A stretch of DNA of 64,000 nucleotides. It comes from an uncultured Armatimonadia bacterium. GTDB taxonomy: Bacteria; Armatimonadota; Zipacnadia; CAVVLO01. The notes beneath the pieces were generated by a model, which worked only from the letters and a program-made list of their open reading frames with translations, ran no database searches and was not told where the DNA came from. A program made the position numbers and the translations under genes. The DNA is taken from NCBI GenBank assembly GCA_963749155.1, contig CAVVLO010000002.1, positions 64,001 through 128,000 on the forward strand. The letters are read 5' to 3'. Numbering within the stretch: the first letter of the stretch is position 1; every line of letters begins with the position of its first letter. Of the stretch, positions 49,655-58,812 are shown one piece after another.

Positions 49655-51027
49655 TCACACAGTATACCAAGCGCCGTTGAAGCTGGTGCGCTTTTCACTA
49701 TAATCAGGCAGTGGTCCTCCTGCATCTTCTATCAATTTGGCGAATAAGTCCGCTACTACCTCGGGGTGGCTGGCCGAACACTCACTGCGCCAATCAGGAT
49801 CGTTCTCCAAATCCCACAGCCGGGCATCCTGGCCATCTCCGCGGATTATACAAGCCCACTTGCGGGTGCGTATCTTGCAGTAATCATTGAAGGCCGTCGT
49901 AATATGATCGCGGCCTGTCGGCGCGCCTTCGGCCACTTGCCAGAGGTCAACACCGTCCACAGGAACTGGCGGCTCTATTCCCGCAAGCCCATAAACGGTC
50001 GATGGGAGATCGTGATTATATACGAAATCCTCCACTCGCTGGCCCGCGCGCGCTCCCTGAGGATGCCGCAGCAGCAAGGGGATGTCCACCAACTCGGGCC
50101 ACAGCTCGCGTGGCACCTTGCCGATGATGTCATGCTCCCCCAGGGCATGACCGTGGTCGGAAACCAGGCAAACAAAAGTGTCTTCGGCCAGGCCAAGCTC
50201 GTTGAGCTTGTTCAGGAAATGCCCGACCCACTTGTCCACCAGCGTCACTTCGCCCGCGTAGAGGGCGCGCATATGCTTCAGTTCGGCATCGTTGACATAG
50301 CTGCGCTGCCCGTACATTGGAGTGATGAACTCTTTGCCCTCGTAGCCCGGGTCATAGAGATCAACATACCAGGCGGGCGGATCCCAGGGCTCATGCGGGT
50401 CGAACGAATCTATCACCATATAGAACGGGCCGCTCTCGCGCAGCCCTTCCAGCACTTCCATCCCCGCCTGGAAGACACGCGGCGCCAGATAATCCTCTTC
50501 CCTTTGCCGCCAGCTCATATTGGCCAGATACTGCAAAAGCAGGTCGTGGACGCCGGTGCTGCCGAAGGGCTTCTGGACATAGCGCTCCAAATCTTCGGCG
50601 CGCGCCCGACTCTTGGGCAGCCACCTGTCCCTCTCTTGCCCGCGGATCCACTGGAAGATATCGAAGCCGCGCGCATAGTTGCGCGAGGGTTTGAACTGGT
50701 GGTAGGTGTCGGTCACGAAGGCCGTCGCATACCCCGCCTGCCGCATCACTTCGGCGACGGTGTATTGTTCCTCTGGGATACGCTGCCAGCCCTGGATTAG
50801 CACATTGTCGCCTTTCTCGGGCTCCCAGTTGCGGAAGGGAAGGTCCGATGGCCCGTGTGCAGCGCGCGCCTGACGGGCAGCGTGGGCAGGCTCTCGGGGA
50901 AGGCCGACTCGAAGATAACACTCTGACCCGCCAGCGCATCGAGGTTCGGCGTGTGGATCCACTCATTCCCGTGGAACCCGCAATGGTCACGCCTCAGACT
51001 GTCCAGGATGATGAGGACGAAGTTCAT
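49655..51027 (-). CDS. Sulfatase-fold hydrolase with Thr at the nucleophile position; -1 frameshift near 50836
   Basis: NFVLIILDSLRRDH, TPNLDALA, PTLPVRRALHTG, DPHEPW, YAGEVTLVD, SDHG; about 457 aa when repaired. Confidence 0.85.
49661..49669 (-). promoter_or_regulatory. Extended -10 (TGGTATACT) inside the sulfatase 3' end
   Basis: TGnTATAcT about 40 bp before the esterase ATG; could be a coding coincidence (Trp-Tyr-Thr). Confidence 0.3.
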
Positions 51028-51029
51028 TA

Positions 51030-52066
51030 TCACTTCTCCTTCGGGGCGGTAAGCTCGATAAGGACGTCGTTTGGATCAAGACCAAGTTCTTTAGCACAGC
51101 CCTGGCCATCGCAACACATGAATGAGCACTCAGGTTAGTTTCTGCCCAGATATCAGTGCCGGGTACCTGTCGGGGCTCAAGAGTAATCTCTTCTGGTGAA
51201 AGGGCGAGAAGTAACGACGTTTCCTGCCCTGCATCGAAAGGACCTTTTGTTTTCCACCAGGCACACGAGCTAACGCTTGTCCGACCGTATTCAACAGCAC
51301 ATCCTTCCAAGTCGTAACTTCAGTGCTTGTTGCCGAATAGCGTGAAAGCTGCAATTCGATTCCTCTGCAGCTGAGATGTCGACGGTGTCGGCGGTGGCGG
51401 TGGTGGTGGTGGCGGCGGTGGCGGATCGACAATCGGACCAATCTGCTTCTTCAGGAAGTCTCTTACGAAAACTGCTTTTGGATTCTCTCCTAGGAAGAGA
51501 CGGGCTACAGCAGATAATGAGCTTATAAGGCTGTCGGTAGGATCGCAAAGTAGTTTCTCCCAGGCCTGCTGCAGACCCTTTTCAGCGAAGAGTCGTTCCG
51601 CAGCCTCAATGAATCGACTAGAGGCAACTTCGCCCCGAGAGAGCAGCGGGTGCAACTGCTCTGCCGCTTCGAAGGCGGCAAGGTCCACCTGGAGGAATAG
51701 CCGCTTTTCCCAAGGCACCTGCTTCATGGGCAGGTAGAACCACCATTCAAAGCCATTGGTGAGCACAGCCAGGTGCGCACCTCGGCCAAAGCAATATTTC
51801 AGTAACTGATCCTGGTGGCCTTCGAGTTTCTCGCCTGCTTTCTTGGCCTCGATAAACACTTGCTCGTGATCGCCAATTACCAGGCAAAGATCCACGTTCC
51901 CGCCGCTTGCAACCGTCTCGGGCACAACCTCGTCTGGGTCAAAGGGATCCCATCCAAGCGCCTGTAAAACTGGGATAATCAAACCCATCTTGGTTGCTTC
52001 TTCACTCTTGAAGGCGCTCTTTGGCTTCTCGGCCAACTGCTGTAGCTTCTCTTTGAGCTTGTCCAT
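51030..52066 (-). CDS. HsdR_N-like PD-(D/E)xK nuclease-polyPro-SeqA-like C-terminal domain; three indels (about 51323, 51203, 51090)
   Basis: EEATKMGLIIPVLQALGWD, VD..IEAK, QLLKY, LTNG; repaired tail GRKRRYFS...PRQVPGTDIWAETNLS...LKELGL...EK*; about 345 aa. Confidence 0.75.
51389..51424 (-). repeat. (CCR)12 trinucleotide tract encoding 12 prolines
   Basis: CCG CCA CCG CCG CCA CCA CCA CCA CCG CCA CCG CCG read directly. Confidence 0.95.
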
Positions 52067-52123
52067 AGAGTCTCCCTCTGCATCAACCAGTGAGAAGAAA
52101 TCGAGGTGTGCAAGTGCCTGTAA

Positions 52124-52175
52124 AGTATATTTTCGCCGGCCTGCCCTAAGCCCTTCTGGCCTTCAGTGCTATAAT
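52124..52175. promoter_or_regulatory. Divergent promoter pair
   Basis: Minus-strand TATACT at 52129-52124; plus-strand TGCTATAAT at 52167-52175. Confidence 0.5.
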
Positions 52176-52206
52176 CTTTATATACGCGCACGCGGAGGCG
52201 AGGGCT

Positions 52207-52680
52207 ATGGAGCTCCGAGACCAGGTGATCACCAAACTTGTGATGCACGAACTGGCCGATGAGACGGTGAAAGCGGTCGATGGCACCCTCATCGTTGAAG
52301 CCGGAGAAGTTATAACCGAGGCCCACCTGCGTCTTGCTCGCGCCCACAAGGCCGAGGCTCGCCTGCTGCGTAGCGCCTGCAGGCGCAAGTGGCGCGTGAA
52401 CCGTTATGACTTCCTGCTTCAGGCCCGGGGCCTGGCTGGCAAACTCAAGCGTTGTGGGACCGACGCCGCCGGCTGTATGCGCGACTTCTCGGATACCCAT
52501 AAGCTCAATTATGTCATCGGGCAGGAAAGCGCCGTTGCCCTCCACGACAGCCAGAACAACCTGCTGATAGCCCCAGGTGAGTTGATAACCGAAACCAAAG
52601 CCAGACTGACTCAGCAGGCGGGCAAGCTGGAGGAATTATTCCTGGCCCAGCAGCACCGTATGGCCCAACTCGACTCCTGA
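52207..52680 (+). CDS. Hypothetical protein with two internal repeats
   Basis: GGAGG RBS; DGTLIVEAGEVITEAHLRLARAH and QNNLLIAPGELITETKARLTQQA. Confidence 0.7.
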   Translation: MELRDQVITKLVMHELADETVKAVDGTLIVEAGEVITEAHLRLARAHKAEARLLRSACRRKWRVNRYDFLLQARGLAGKLKRCGTDAAGCMRDFSDTHKLNYVIGQESAVALHDSQNNLLIAPGELITETKARLTQQAGKLEELFLAQQHRMAQLDS

Positions 52681-52741
52681 GCTGGCAGGAATTTGCCCCT
52701 GATGCGCCAACTGACCTCCACCACTCCCTCGGAGGTCAGTT

Positions 52742-55033
52742 ATGGTTGCCCAATGGATTTGGACCGATACCCCGATTGAAACGGAAAGCTTCGCGCTGCT
52801 TCGTCGCAGCTTCGAGCTGTCTGAGAAACCTGCCTCGGCGCTCCTCAGGCTCAGTGCCAACCAGCGCTACAAGCTCTTCGTAAACGGTGTCGAAGTCGGC
52901 GTTGGCCCCGCGCTTTCTTATCCTGCTTATATGTTCTATGACGAAGTTGAGATCGCCCCCTTGCTGCGCTCAGGCGCCAATGTGCTGGCCGTGCTGGCGC
53001 ATAATCACGGCACCGAAATGCCCTCTGTCCTCCAACAGGTCATCGGCCCCCCAGGCTTCTGGTGCGAACTTGAGATAAAGGGTCAACTCGCGCTGACATC
53101 AGAGGCCAACTGGAAAACCCTTCCTGCGCCTCAGTATGAACTGAAGGGCGAAATCGTCATCGGCCATCGCGGGGGTTACAAAGAGCACTGTCATCCTGCC
53201 CTCGAGCCTGCGGGGTGGACAGACCTGGGCTTTGATGAGGCAGGTTGGCAAGGCGCGACCCTCGTGCCAGAGGGTGTTTTTGGTGGGCCGCATCCAACCG
53301 AGATACCTCCCAAACGCCACTGGGTCGCTTATCCCGAGGAAGTCTATGCCGAGAATAGCGGCGTGGCCTATGGAGAGGTCTTCCTCCAGCATGGCGAGCT
53401 GGCCCGCAAGGCTGGCAGCTATGACATCCGAGGCCAGGAAGCGCTGCTGTCCGACTCGCCCGAGTGGGTCACCATCAATCCAGTTACCGACCTGCCTCCA
53501 GCGCTGCTCCTGGATTTTGGACGGGACTGTGTGGGCACACTGGAGCTTGACTTTGAAGAGGCAGGTGAGGGAGTTCTAGAGCTTGCCTTTGGCGAGTCGC
53601 TTCATCTCACAGTGGTCGATCGCCTCTATCTGAGAGCCGGCAAGCTGACCTGGTCGCCCTTTTATCGGCGAGTTGGTCGCTATGTGCGACTGCGCTTCTG
53701 GAATCTGACCCAACCTGTAAAGCTGCGGGCTGCGCGGTTCATCTGCGAATCCTATGGCGGCGAGACGATTGGCCGCTTCGAGTGTTCGGACAGCCTGCTC
53801 AATCGTATCTGGAAGATCGGTGTGGACACCCTGGACTGCTGCATGCAGGACGTCTACGAGGACTGTCCCTGGCGCGAGCAGTCACTTTACGGGGGCGATA
53901 TGCGCGTTGCCTCGATGGTCGCCTACTATGCCAAGGGAGGTTACGATTTCACCCGGAAATCTCTGAGGCAGCTTGCTCGCACTCAACACGAGAGCGGGGC
54001 CATCCCCACTGTCGGGCCAGCGCCAAGTCCCTTGAACGTAATCCCCGAGTTTCCCGCCCACTGGCTGGGTGCGCTCTCCAACTACTACCTGTATACCGGC
54101 GATAAAGCCCTGGTGGAGGAGCTCTTCCCCACCCTTGTGCGGCTGGTCTCCTGGTTCGAAAGCGAATTGGACGACCAGAGCCTGATGTCAGGGCTTGAGG
54201 AGGGGAGCAAGTGGTTCCACTTCGTGGACAACCTGTGCGGAATCGAACCCCAATATGCTGTCACGGCAACCCAGGCTTACTGTGCCCAGGCCGTAGGGCT
54301 TGCCTCGGAGCTTGCCGAGTTGCTTGGTCATTTCGAAGAGGCCACTGCCTGGCTTGAGCTGGCGACCCGGATGAGTAAAGCGATCCAGCTCTTCTGGGAT
54401 AAGGACAGCCAGGCTTTCATTGATGGCAGTAGCCAGCAGCGCGCCCCTGAACCTCCCAACGAGATAAGCAACGGAGTGCCCCTGTGGTGTGGCCTGACTG
54501 ATAAAGCCCAATCGCTTGCCTGCCTGGAGCAGCTTGCGCGCAGGCGTCCAACGCGGGCTACCCAGGCGGCCTTCAGCAATTACTTCCTGACCGAGGCTCT
54601 CTACCTGGCTGGCTGGAGCGAGATCGCCACAGCCCGTATCTGCAAGTTCTGGGGAGGGATGCTCGAACGAGGTGCAACGACCTTCTGGGAAGTCTTTGAT
54701 GAAGACTGGCCTGCCGGCAAGCTCCCTCATCGGCTTTGGAGCCTGTGTCATGAGTTCAGTGCTGGGCCGGTAGCGCTACTTCCTGCTTATGTGCTCGGGG
54801 TGCGGCCTCTGGAGGCTGGCTTCAGGAAGGTACTGGTTGCCCCTCAGGTGGCCTTGCTTGACTGGGCTGAAGGCGCGGTGCCAACTCCGCACGGGCTTAT
54901 CCATATCACCTGGCGCAAGACCGATGACAAAATAAGGCTGGAAGTCCAGGTGCCTTGTGCGATTGGCTCTGGAGCCTTGCAAATCCAGGCGCCACCTAAC
55001 TGTAAACTCCGCGCCACCGTGGTCGAATATTAG
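52742..55033 (+). CDS. GH78 alpha-L-rhamnosidase-like glycoside hydrolase
   Basis: YKLFVNG, LLDFG, FECSDSLLNRIW, DCPWRE, GATTFWE, SLCH, VPTPHG; no signal peptide. Confidence 0.88.
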   Translation: MVAQWIWTDTPIETESFALLRRSFELSEKPASALLRLSANQRYKLFVNGVEVGVGPALSYPAYMFYDEVEIAPLLRSGANVLAVLAHNHGTEMPSVLQQVIGPPGFWCELEIKGQLALTSEANWKTLPAPQYELKGEIVIGHRGGYKEHCHPALEPAGWTDLGFDEAGWQGATLVPEGVFGGPHPTEIPPKRHWVAYPEEVYAENSGVAYGEVFLQHGELARKAGSYDIRGQEALLSDSPEWVTINPVTDLPPALLLDFGRDCVGTLELDFEEAGEGVLELAFGESLHLTVVDRLYLRAGKLTWSPFYRRVGRYVRLRFWNLTQPVKLRAARFICESYGGETIGRFECSDSLLNRIWKIGVDTLDCCMQDVYEDCPWREQSLYGGDMRVASMVAYYAKGGYDFTRKSLRQLARTQHESGAIPTVGPAPSPLNVIPEFPAHWLGALSNYYLYTGDKALVEELFPTLVRLVSWFESELDDQSLMSGLEEGSKWFHFVDNLCGIEPQYAVTATQAYCAQAVGLASELAELLGHFEEATAWLELATRMSKAIQLFWDKDSQAFIDGSSQQRAPEPPNEISNGVPLWCGLTDKAQSLACLEQLARRRPTRATQAAFSNYFLTEALYLAGWSEIATARICKFWGGMLERGATTFWEVFDEDWPAGKLPHRLWSLCHEFSAGPVALLPAYVLGVRPLEAGFRKVLVAPQVALLDWAEGAVPTPHGLIHITWRKTDDKIRLEVQVPCAIGSGALQIQAPPNCKLRATVVEY

Positions 55034-55298
55034 AAAGCCAGCCTGAGTGATGGCTTCCAGTTCCAAAAATATGAACTTTTTAGGCCGAAACAACGTTCTC
55101 ATATTATAAGGAGTGAGGCCTGCCTACTTTGCAAGCAGGTCGGTAGCAAGGTAAACTAAGAATAACGAGCCAGGAGTTGATGACTGATTCTCTAGCAACC
55201 CTTCTTGGGAGGAGTTGCTAGTAGTTGTTGTCAACTCGAGGCTTTATCTTGAAGGAAAAGGAACTAGCGCCAGGCCTTCCCCAGGCGCGACCAAAGCT

Positions 55299-56723
55299 AT
55301 GGAAGAAAGACCTGCCAGAAATCTGAAGAAACCTCTTATTGTAGCCTTGCTGGTACTGGTCGTTGTGCTCGTTGCTGGAGCTGCTGGCGTTTTCGGCAAC
55401 TCCTATGTTAACCGGGACAAGGTGATGCGCGGCACAGTGCTGGCTGGTGTTGACATTGGCCGGATGAGTCGTGACCAGGCCTTGAGCGCGCTTGAAGCCC
55501 TGGTGCTGCCTGCTCTCGAGCGGCCCGTCGAACTCTCCTGTATGGAGCAGACCTTCTCCTACTCGCGTGAGGCTCTGGGCGCTGATGTAGTTGATCTTGA
55601 AGGCGCTGTTGACCAGACTCTGGCCTACGGCCGTCAGATTGGCGCCTGGCGCAGAGCGCTCATTGAGCTTGGCCAGGATATCCCTGCCGAAGAAGTCCAG
55701 CTCCAGGTCAGAGTAGAGATGTCCAAACTGGCTGATATCCTTTACAAACTTGTCGCTGAGGTGCAACGACCGCCCAAAGATGCCCAAGTGGACGTTGCCG
55801 GCAACTCTGTTGTCGTACATGAGGGCCAGGTCGGCCTTTCGGTAGACCTCCAAAAAGCCTTATTAACAGTAAGTGCTGCCCTGCAAAATCCAATGGCTAC
55901 CCGCATCGAATTGCCTTATGACGAACTCAAGCCCAGCATAACCAGCGAAGATGTAGCAAGTTTCGACACGGTACTGGGCACCTATACTACCCGCTTCCGT
56001 CCCTCCGAGGTGGGCCGGACGCATAACCTGCGGCTGGCCAGCAGCAAGGTGGACAATTCTCTCGTGCGAGTAGGAGACACCTTCTCCTTGAACTCCAGAC
56101 GCGGGCCAAGCACCGCCGATGCAGGCTATCGCGAAGCCTTTGTCTACCGGGAAGGCCGGGTAGAACCTGAACTCGGGGGCGGTATCTGTCAGGTCGCAAG
56201 CACGCTCTACAATGCGGTTGTGCTTGCTGGGCTCGATATCGTGGAACGCGGCAACCATATGTTCACTGTAGACTATGTGCCAATGGGTATGGACGCTACG
56301 GTGTATTACGGAGGTCGTGACTTCAAGTTCAACAATGACCTTACCCATCCGGTGCTGCTCAAGATGCGCATCGAGGGCAATCAGCTTTCAGCCTGGGTAA
56401 TTGGCAACTCGGGCGACCGCCGCGACGTCAATATAGAAAGATGGGGAGCTACTACGACTCCCTTCCAGGTCGTTGAGAAGCCTGATCCTACCTTGCCAGC
56501 GGGCAAGCGTGTCACCGATCAGAAAGGACATAGCGGCCATTCGATAAATGTGAAGATTACTGTCAGCAAGAACGGTGAGGTTATCCACCAAACTACCAGG
56601 AAGGATACCTACCGGGTCGGCAACAAGATCATCCTGGTAGGCACTGGCGGCGCCGCGAAGCCCCCTGCACCTGACGCCCCTGTGCCCGAAGAAGAGGTCT
56701 CTGAAGAGCTTGTCACTCCGTAG
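55299..56723 (+). CDS. VanW family protein (TM, PG-binding-4, VanW, G5-like); start uncertain (55215-55299)
   Basis: RTHNLRLA, FSLN, GGGICQVASTLYNAV, ERGNH, YVPMGMDATV, DFKFNN; G5-like tail. Confidence 0.88.
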   Translation: MEERPARNLKKPLIVALLVLVVVLVAGAAGVFGNSYVNRDKVMRGTVLAGVDIGRMSRDQALSALEALVLPALERPVELSCMEQTFSYSREALGADVVDLEGAVDQTLAYGRQIGAWRRALIELGQDIPAEEVQLQVRVEMSKLADILYKLVAEVQRPPKDAQVDVAGNSVVVHEGQVGLSVDLQKALLTVSAALQNPMATRIELPYDELKPSITSEDVASFDTVLGTYTTRFRPSEVGRTHNLRLASSKVDNSLVRVGDTFSLNSRRGPSTADAGYREAFVYREGRVEPELGGGICQVASTLYNAVVLAGLDIVERGNHMFTVDYVPMGMDATVYYGGRDFKFNNDLTHPVLLKMRIEGNQLSAWVIGNSGDRRDVNIERWGATTTPFQVVEKPDPTLPAGKRVTDQKGHSGHSINVKITVSKNGEVIHQTTRKDTYRVGNKIILVGTGGAAKPPAPDAPVPEEEVSEELVTP

Positions 56724-57822
56724 CATACTAGCTGGCTGCCTAATACTGGTTCTGGTGCTAAGTGGCAGCGCCTTGCCCCAGTCAACTGCTCCTATAGAGC
56801 CTAGCCAGGCGGCTCTGCAACTTTATGCAGAGTGGCTTTACTCCTTGAAGCAGCATTTTAAATTCGATGACTGGGCTTCCTGGACCGAGGTAGATCAGGA
56901 AGCCTGGCTCAGGCAGCCTGACCTAAGCGATGATTTTGAGCAGTATCCCGCTGTCCGCTTCGACGCGGTTGACGAGACCGCTGTTCAATACTTCAAGCCT
57001 CTGTTTGTCTCAGCCGACACAGTCTGGCCTGCGGTGCCAAGTGACCGGTACACCCTGGCAGCCTCTGGGGGAGCTTTGGCTGGGCCTGAGGTCACCCTCT
57101 GGACAGGCGTCAATCCCCGGCAGGCTCGCTCAGCCTGGCTGGCGTCTCTCTGGCAGGCTGAGAAACTGCCCGAATACAGAGAGCTAACTGGTGCAGAGGC
57201 GCTCGGAGACATCTCCTTCCTGATTGAAGGCGGACGGCTGTTCTTTGCATATGGCAACGTAGCTGTATTAGTGGAGCCAGGCCTGTCCAATCTGACCGAT
57301 CCCTTCCCGATTGCCCAGGAAATATTCGAGGCATTGGAAGCCAGAGCTCAAGGCGAATACTTGCCTGCCCGGTCCACTTGCATCATCAACGCGACAAGGT
57401 TGAAGCCGGGCGACCTGCCTGGAATGCGATTGGTCACCTGGACTTCTTCCTGCTCGGGCAGCTCACTCGATTCAATTTCCAGGCCACTTAGTCTGGTCCA
57501 GTCCTGGACAGGCGAAGTTGCCGGGAGGCCAGCCCGGTTGCAGATCTCTTATACCGAGTCCGCTTATGGTTTTGCCGAGTCGCAAGTGACCGAAGCCGGA
57601 GCCCAAAACTCGGGCCAGCATGTTTTTTACCTGGCGATAAACGGCCTGAGTGCAGCTGTGGGACTTACTTTGACAGTGCCCGAGCCCGAGCAGCTTTCAC
57701 CCGAACTGGACAAGCTTTGCGCTGACAGGGCGCGCGCCCTTGCCGAGTTGCTCTACACCAGGGCCAGATTATTCGCAGGACCTCAGGAGTCGCCTGGACG
57801 CAGCCAGGCGAGCCTCGACTAG
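56710..57822 (+). CDS. Secreted hypothetical protein
   Basis: 370 aa ORF, signal peptide, overlaps the VanW stop. Confidence 0.65.
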   Translation: MSLRSILAGCLILVLVLSGSALPQSTAPIEPSQAALQLYAEWLYSLKQHFKFDDWASWTEVDQEAWLRQPDLSDDFEQYPAVRFDAVDETAVQYFKPLFVSADTVWPAVPSDRYTLAASGGALAGPEVTLWTGVNPRQARSAWLASLWQAEKLPEYRELTGAEALGDISFLIEGGRLFFAYGNVAVLVEPGLSNLTDPFPIAQEIFEALEARAQGEYLPARSTCIINATRLKPGDLPGMRLVTWTSSCSGSSLDSISRPLSLVQSWTGEVAGRPARLQISYTESAYGFAESQVTEAGAQNSGQHVFYLAINGLSAAVGLTLTVPEPEQLSPELDKLCADRARALAELLYTRARLFAGPQESPGRSQASLD

Positions 57823-57848
57823 CTTTCCCACTCTCAGATGGTGGCGCA

Positions 57849-58541
57849 GTGCGCAAGCTCAGGTGTCCAAAATGCGGCGCCCGCAACTACGAGGGCTATC
57901 TGGAATATCCGTGGTGCCACAAGTGTGGGCATCCGCTGGTTCAATGCGTTTACTGTACCTATCTCGAGGCTGACGGCAAATGTAAACTGGGTCATCGCTA
58001 TGCGACTTCCCAGTTACAGACAGAACCCCTGGATTGTGCCGATTTTTGGCCTTCTCGCGACTATGACCTGGTCGAGGCAAAATCCCCCTCCCTTCGCCCA
58101 ATGTTTTGGGGAGCTCTGGCCCTGCTTATACTCGTCGTAGCCTTGATTGTCGGCTTCAAGATGGCACAACCACAGCGGGTGGCCCCTGGAGTTTTCAGTG
58201 TGCAGGTGCTGCAAACAGAACCAAAAGGCACAAAAGGACTGCTGGAACTCACCATAATCGCTCGCAACGATACAGTCAGAGTTGGGTATGACTCAGTGAT
58301 TTTGCTAGACCGACGGCTGCTGGCAGGTTTCGAACTGGTCGGTTCTATTGGGGTGCCGGGCAAAGCAGGATTTCGCGATGACTGGATTGCTATCGAGCTT
58401 GGACTACTGGAAGCGTTAAATGCCAAGATGGTAAAATTCAGGTTGAAGCCGCGCCAGGCAGGAGAATATCCTGTGAGATGCGAATTATATGTCGATGGTA
58501 GACAGGTAGCCTCTACTCGCGCGGTTTTGAAGGCCCAGTGA
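57849..58541 (+). CDS. Zinc-ribbon / single TM / Ig-like domain protein
   Basis: CPKC, CHKC, CVYC plus further Cys/His; TM FWGALALLILVVALIVGF; beta-rich tail. Confidence 0.7.
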   Translation: MRKLRCPKCGARNYEGYLEYPWCHKCGHPLVQCVYCTYLEADGKCKLGHRYATSQLQTEPLDCADFWPSRDYDLVEAKSPSLRPMFWGALALLILVVALIVGFKMAQPQRVAPGVFSVQVLQTEPKGTKGLLELTIIARNDTVRVGYDSVILLDRRLLAGFELVGSIGVPGKAGFRDDWIAIELGLLEALNAKMVKFRLKPRQAGEYPVRCELYVDGRQVASTRAVLKAQ

Positions 58542-58569
58542 GTTCACTTTCTCCGTAAGGGAGCCGGAT

Positions 58570-58812
58570 ATGCGCCAGGAAGACAAAGAGACTATAAAGG
58601 CAATCCAGCGCCAGGTTATGCGACTGCCCGTTGATGGCAGGAAAGTCATCATAACCGTGGTTGGGGGCAGCGTCTACCTTCGGGGACGGATAATCCTGAT
58701 GCGCACAGCCCCGAAGGGCACTGATATAAATGATTGCAAGACCAAGTTGATAACTGCTATCCGACGCTTGCCCGGAGTGAAGCAAGTCACCGACCAGTTG
58801 AGTACCCGCTAG
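58570..58812 (+). CDS. Small BON-domain-like protein
   Basis: VIITVVGGSVYLRG, IRRLPGVKQVTDQL; AAGGGAG RBS. Confidence 0.7.
   Translation: MRQEDKETIKAIQRQVMRLPVDGRKVIITVVGGSVYLRGRIILMRTAPKGTDINDCKTKLITAIRRLPGVKQVTDQLSTR

Noticed and set aside
49766..50800. Long antisense ORFs (also 6819-7688, 11309-12361, 28964-29944, 59853-60776)
   Set aside because: Opposite well-supported genes in GC-rich DNA, with no recognisable motifs.
51320..51322. TGA between two same-frame ORFs as a selenocysteine or readthrough codon
   Set aside because: The homologous sequence after it (EVTTWKDVLL...GRKRRYFS) is in another frame; the frame match comes from compensating indels.
51130..51441. His/Arg-rich ORF as a metal-binding peptide
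   Set aside because: The His run is the alternative-frame reading of the proline codons; only its middle part is real nuclease coding sequence.
51320..52066. Remnant of a type I R-M system
   Set aside because: No helicase motifs and no hsdM or hsdS nearby; the nuclease domain carries its own C-terminal module.
55299..56723. Vancomycin resistance locus
   Set aside because: VanW-domain proteins are widespread; no vanHAX/RS here, and ddl has the D-Ala-D-Ala-type YDYEAKY loop.
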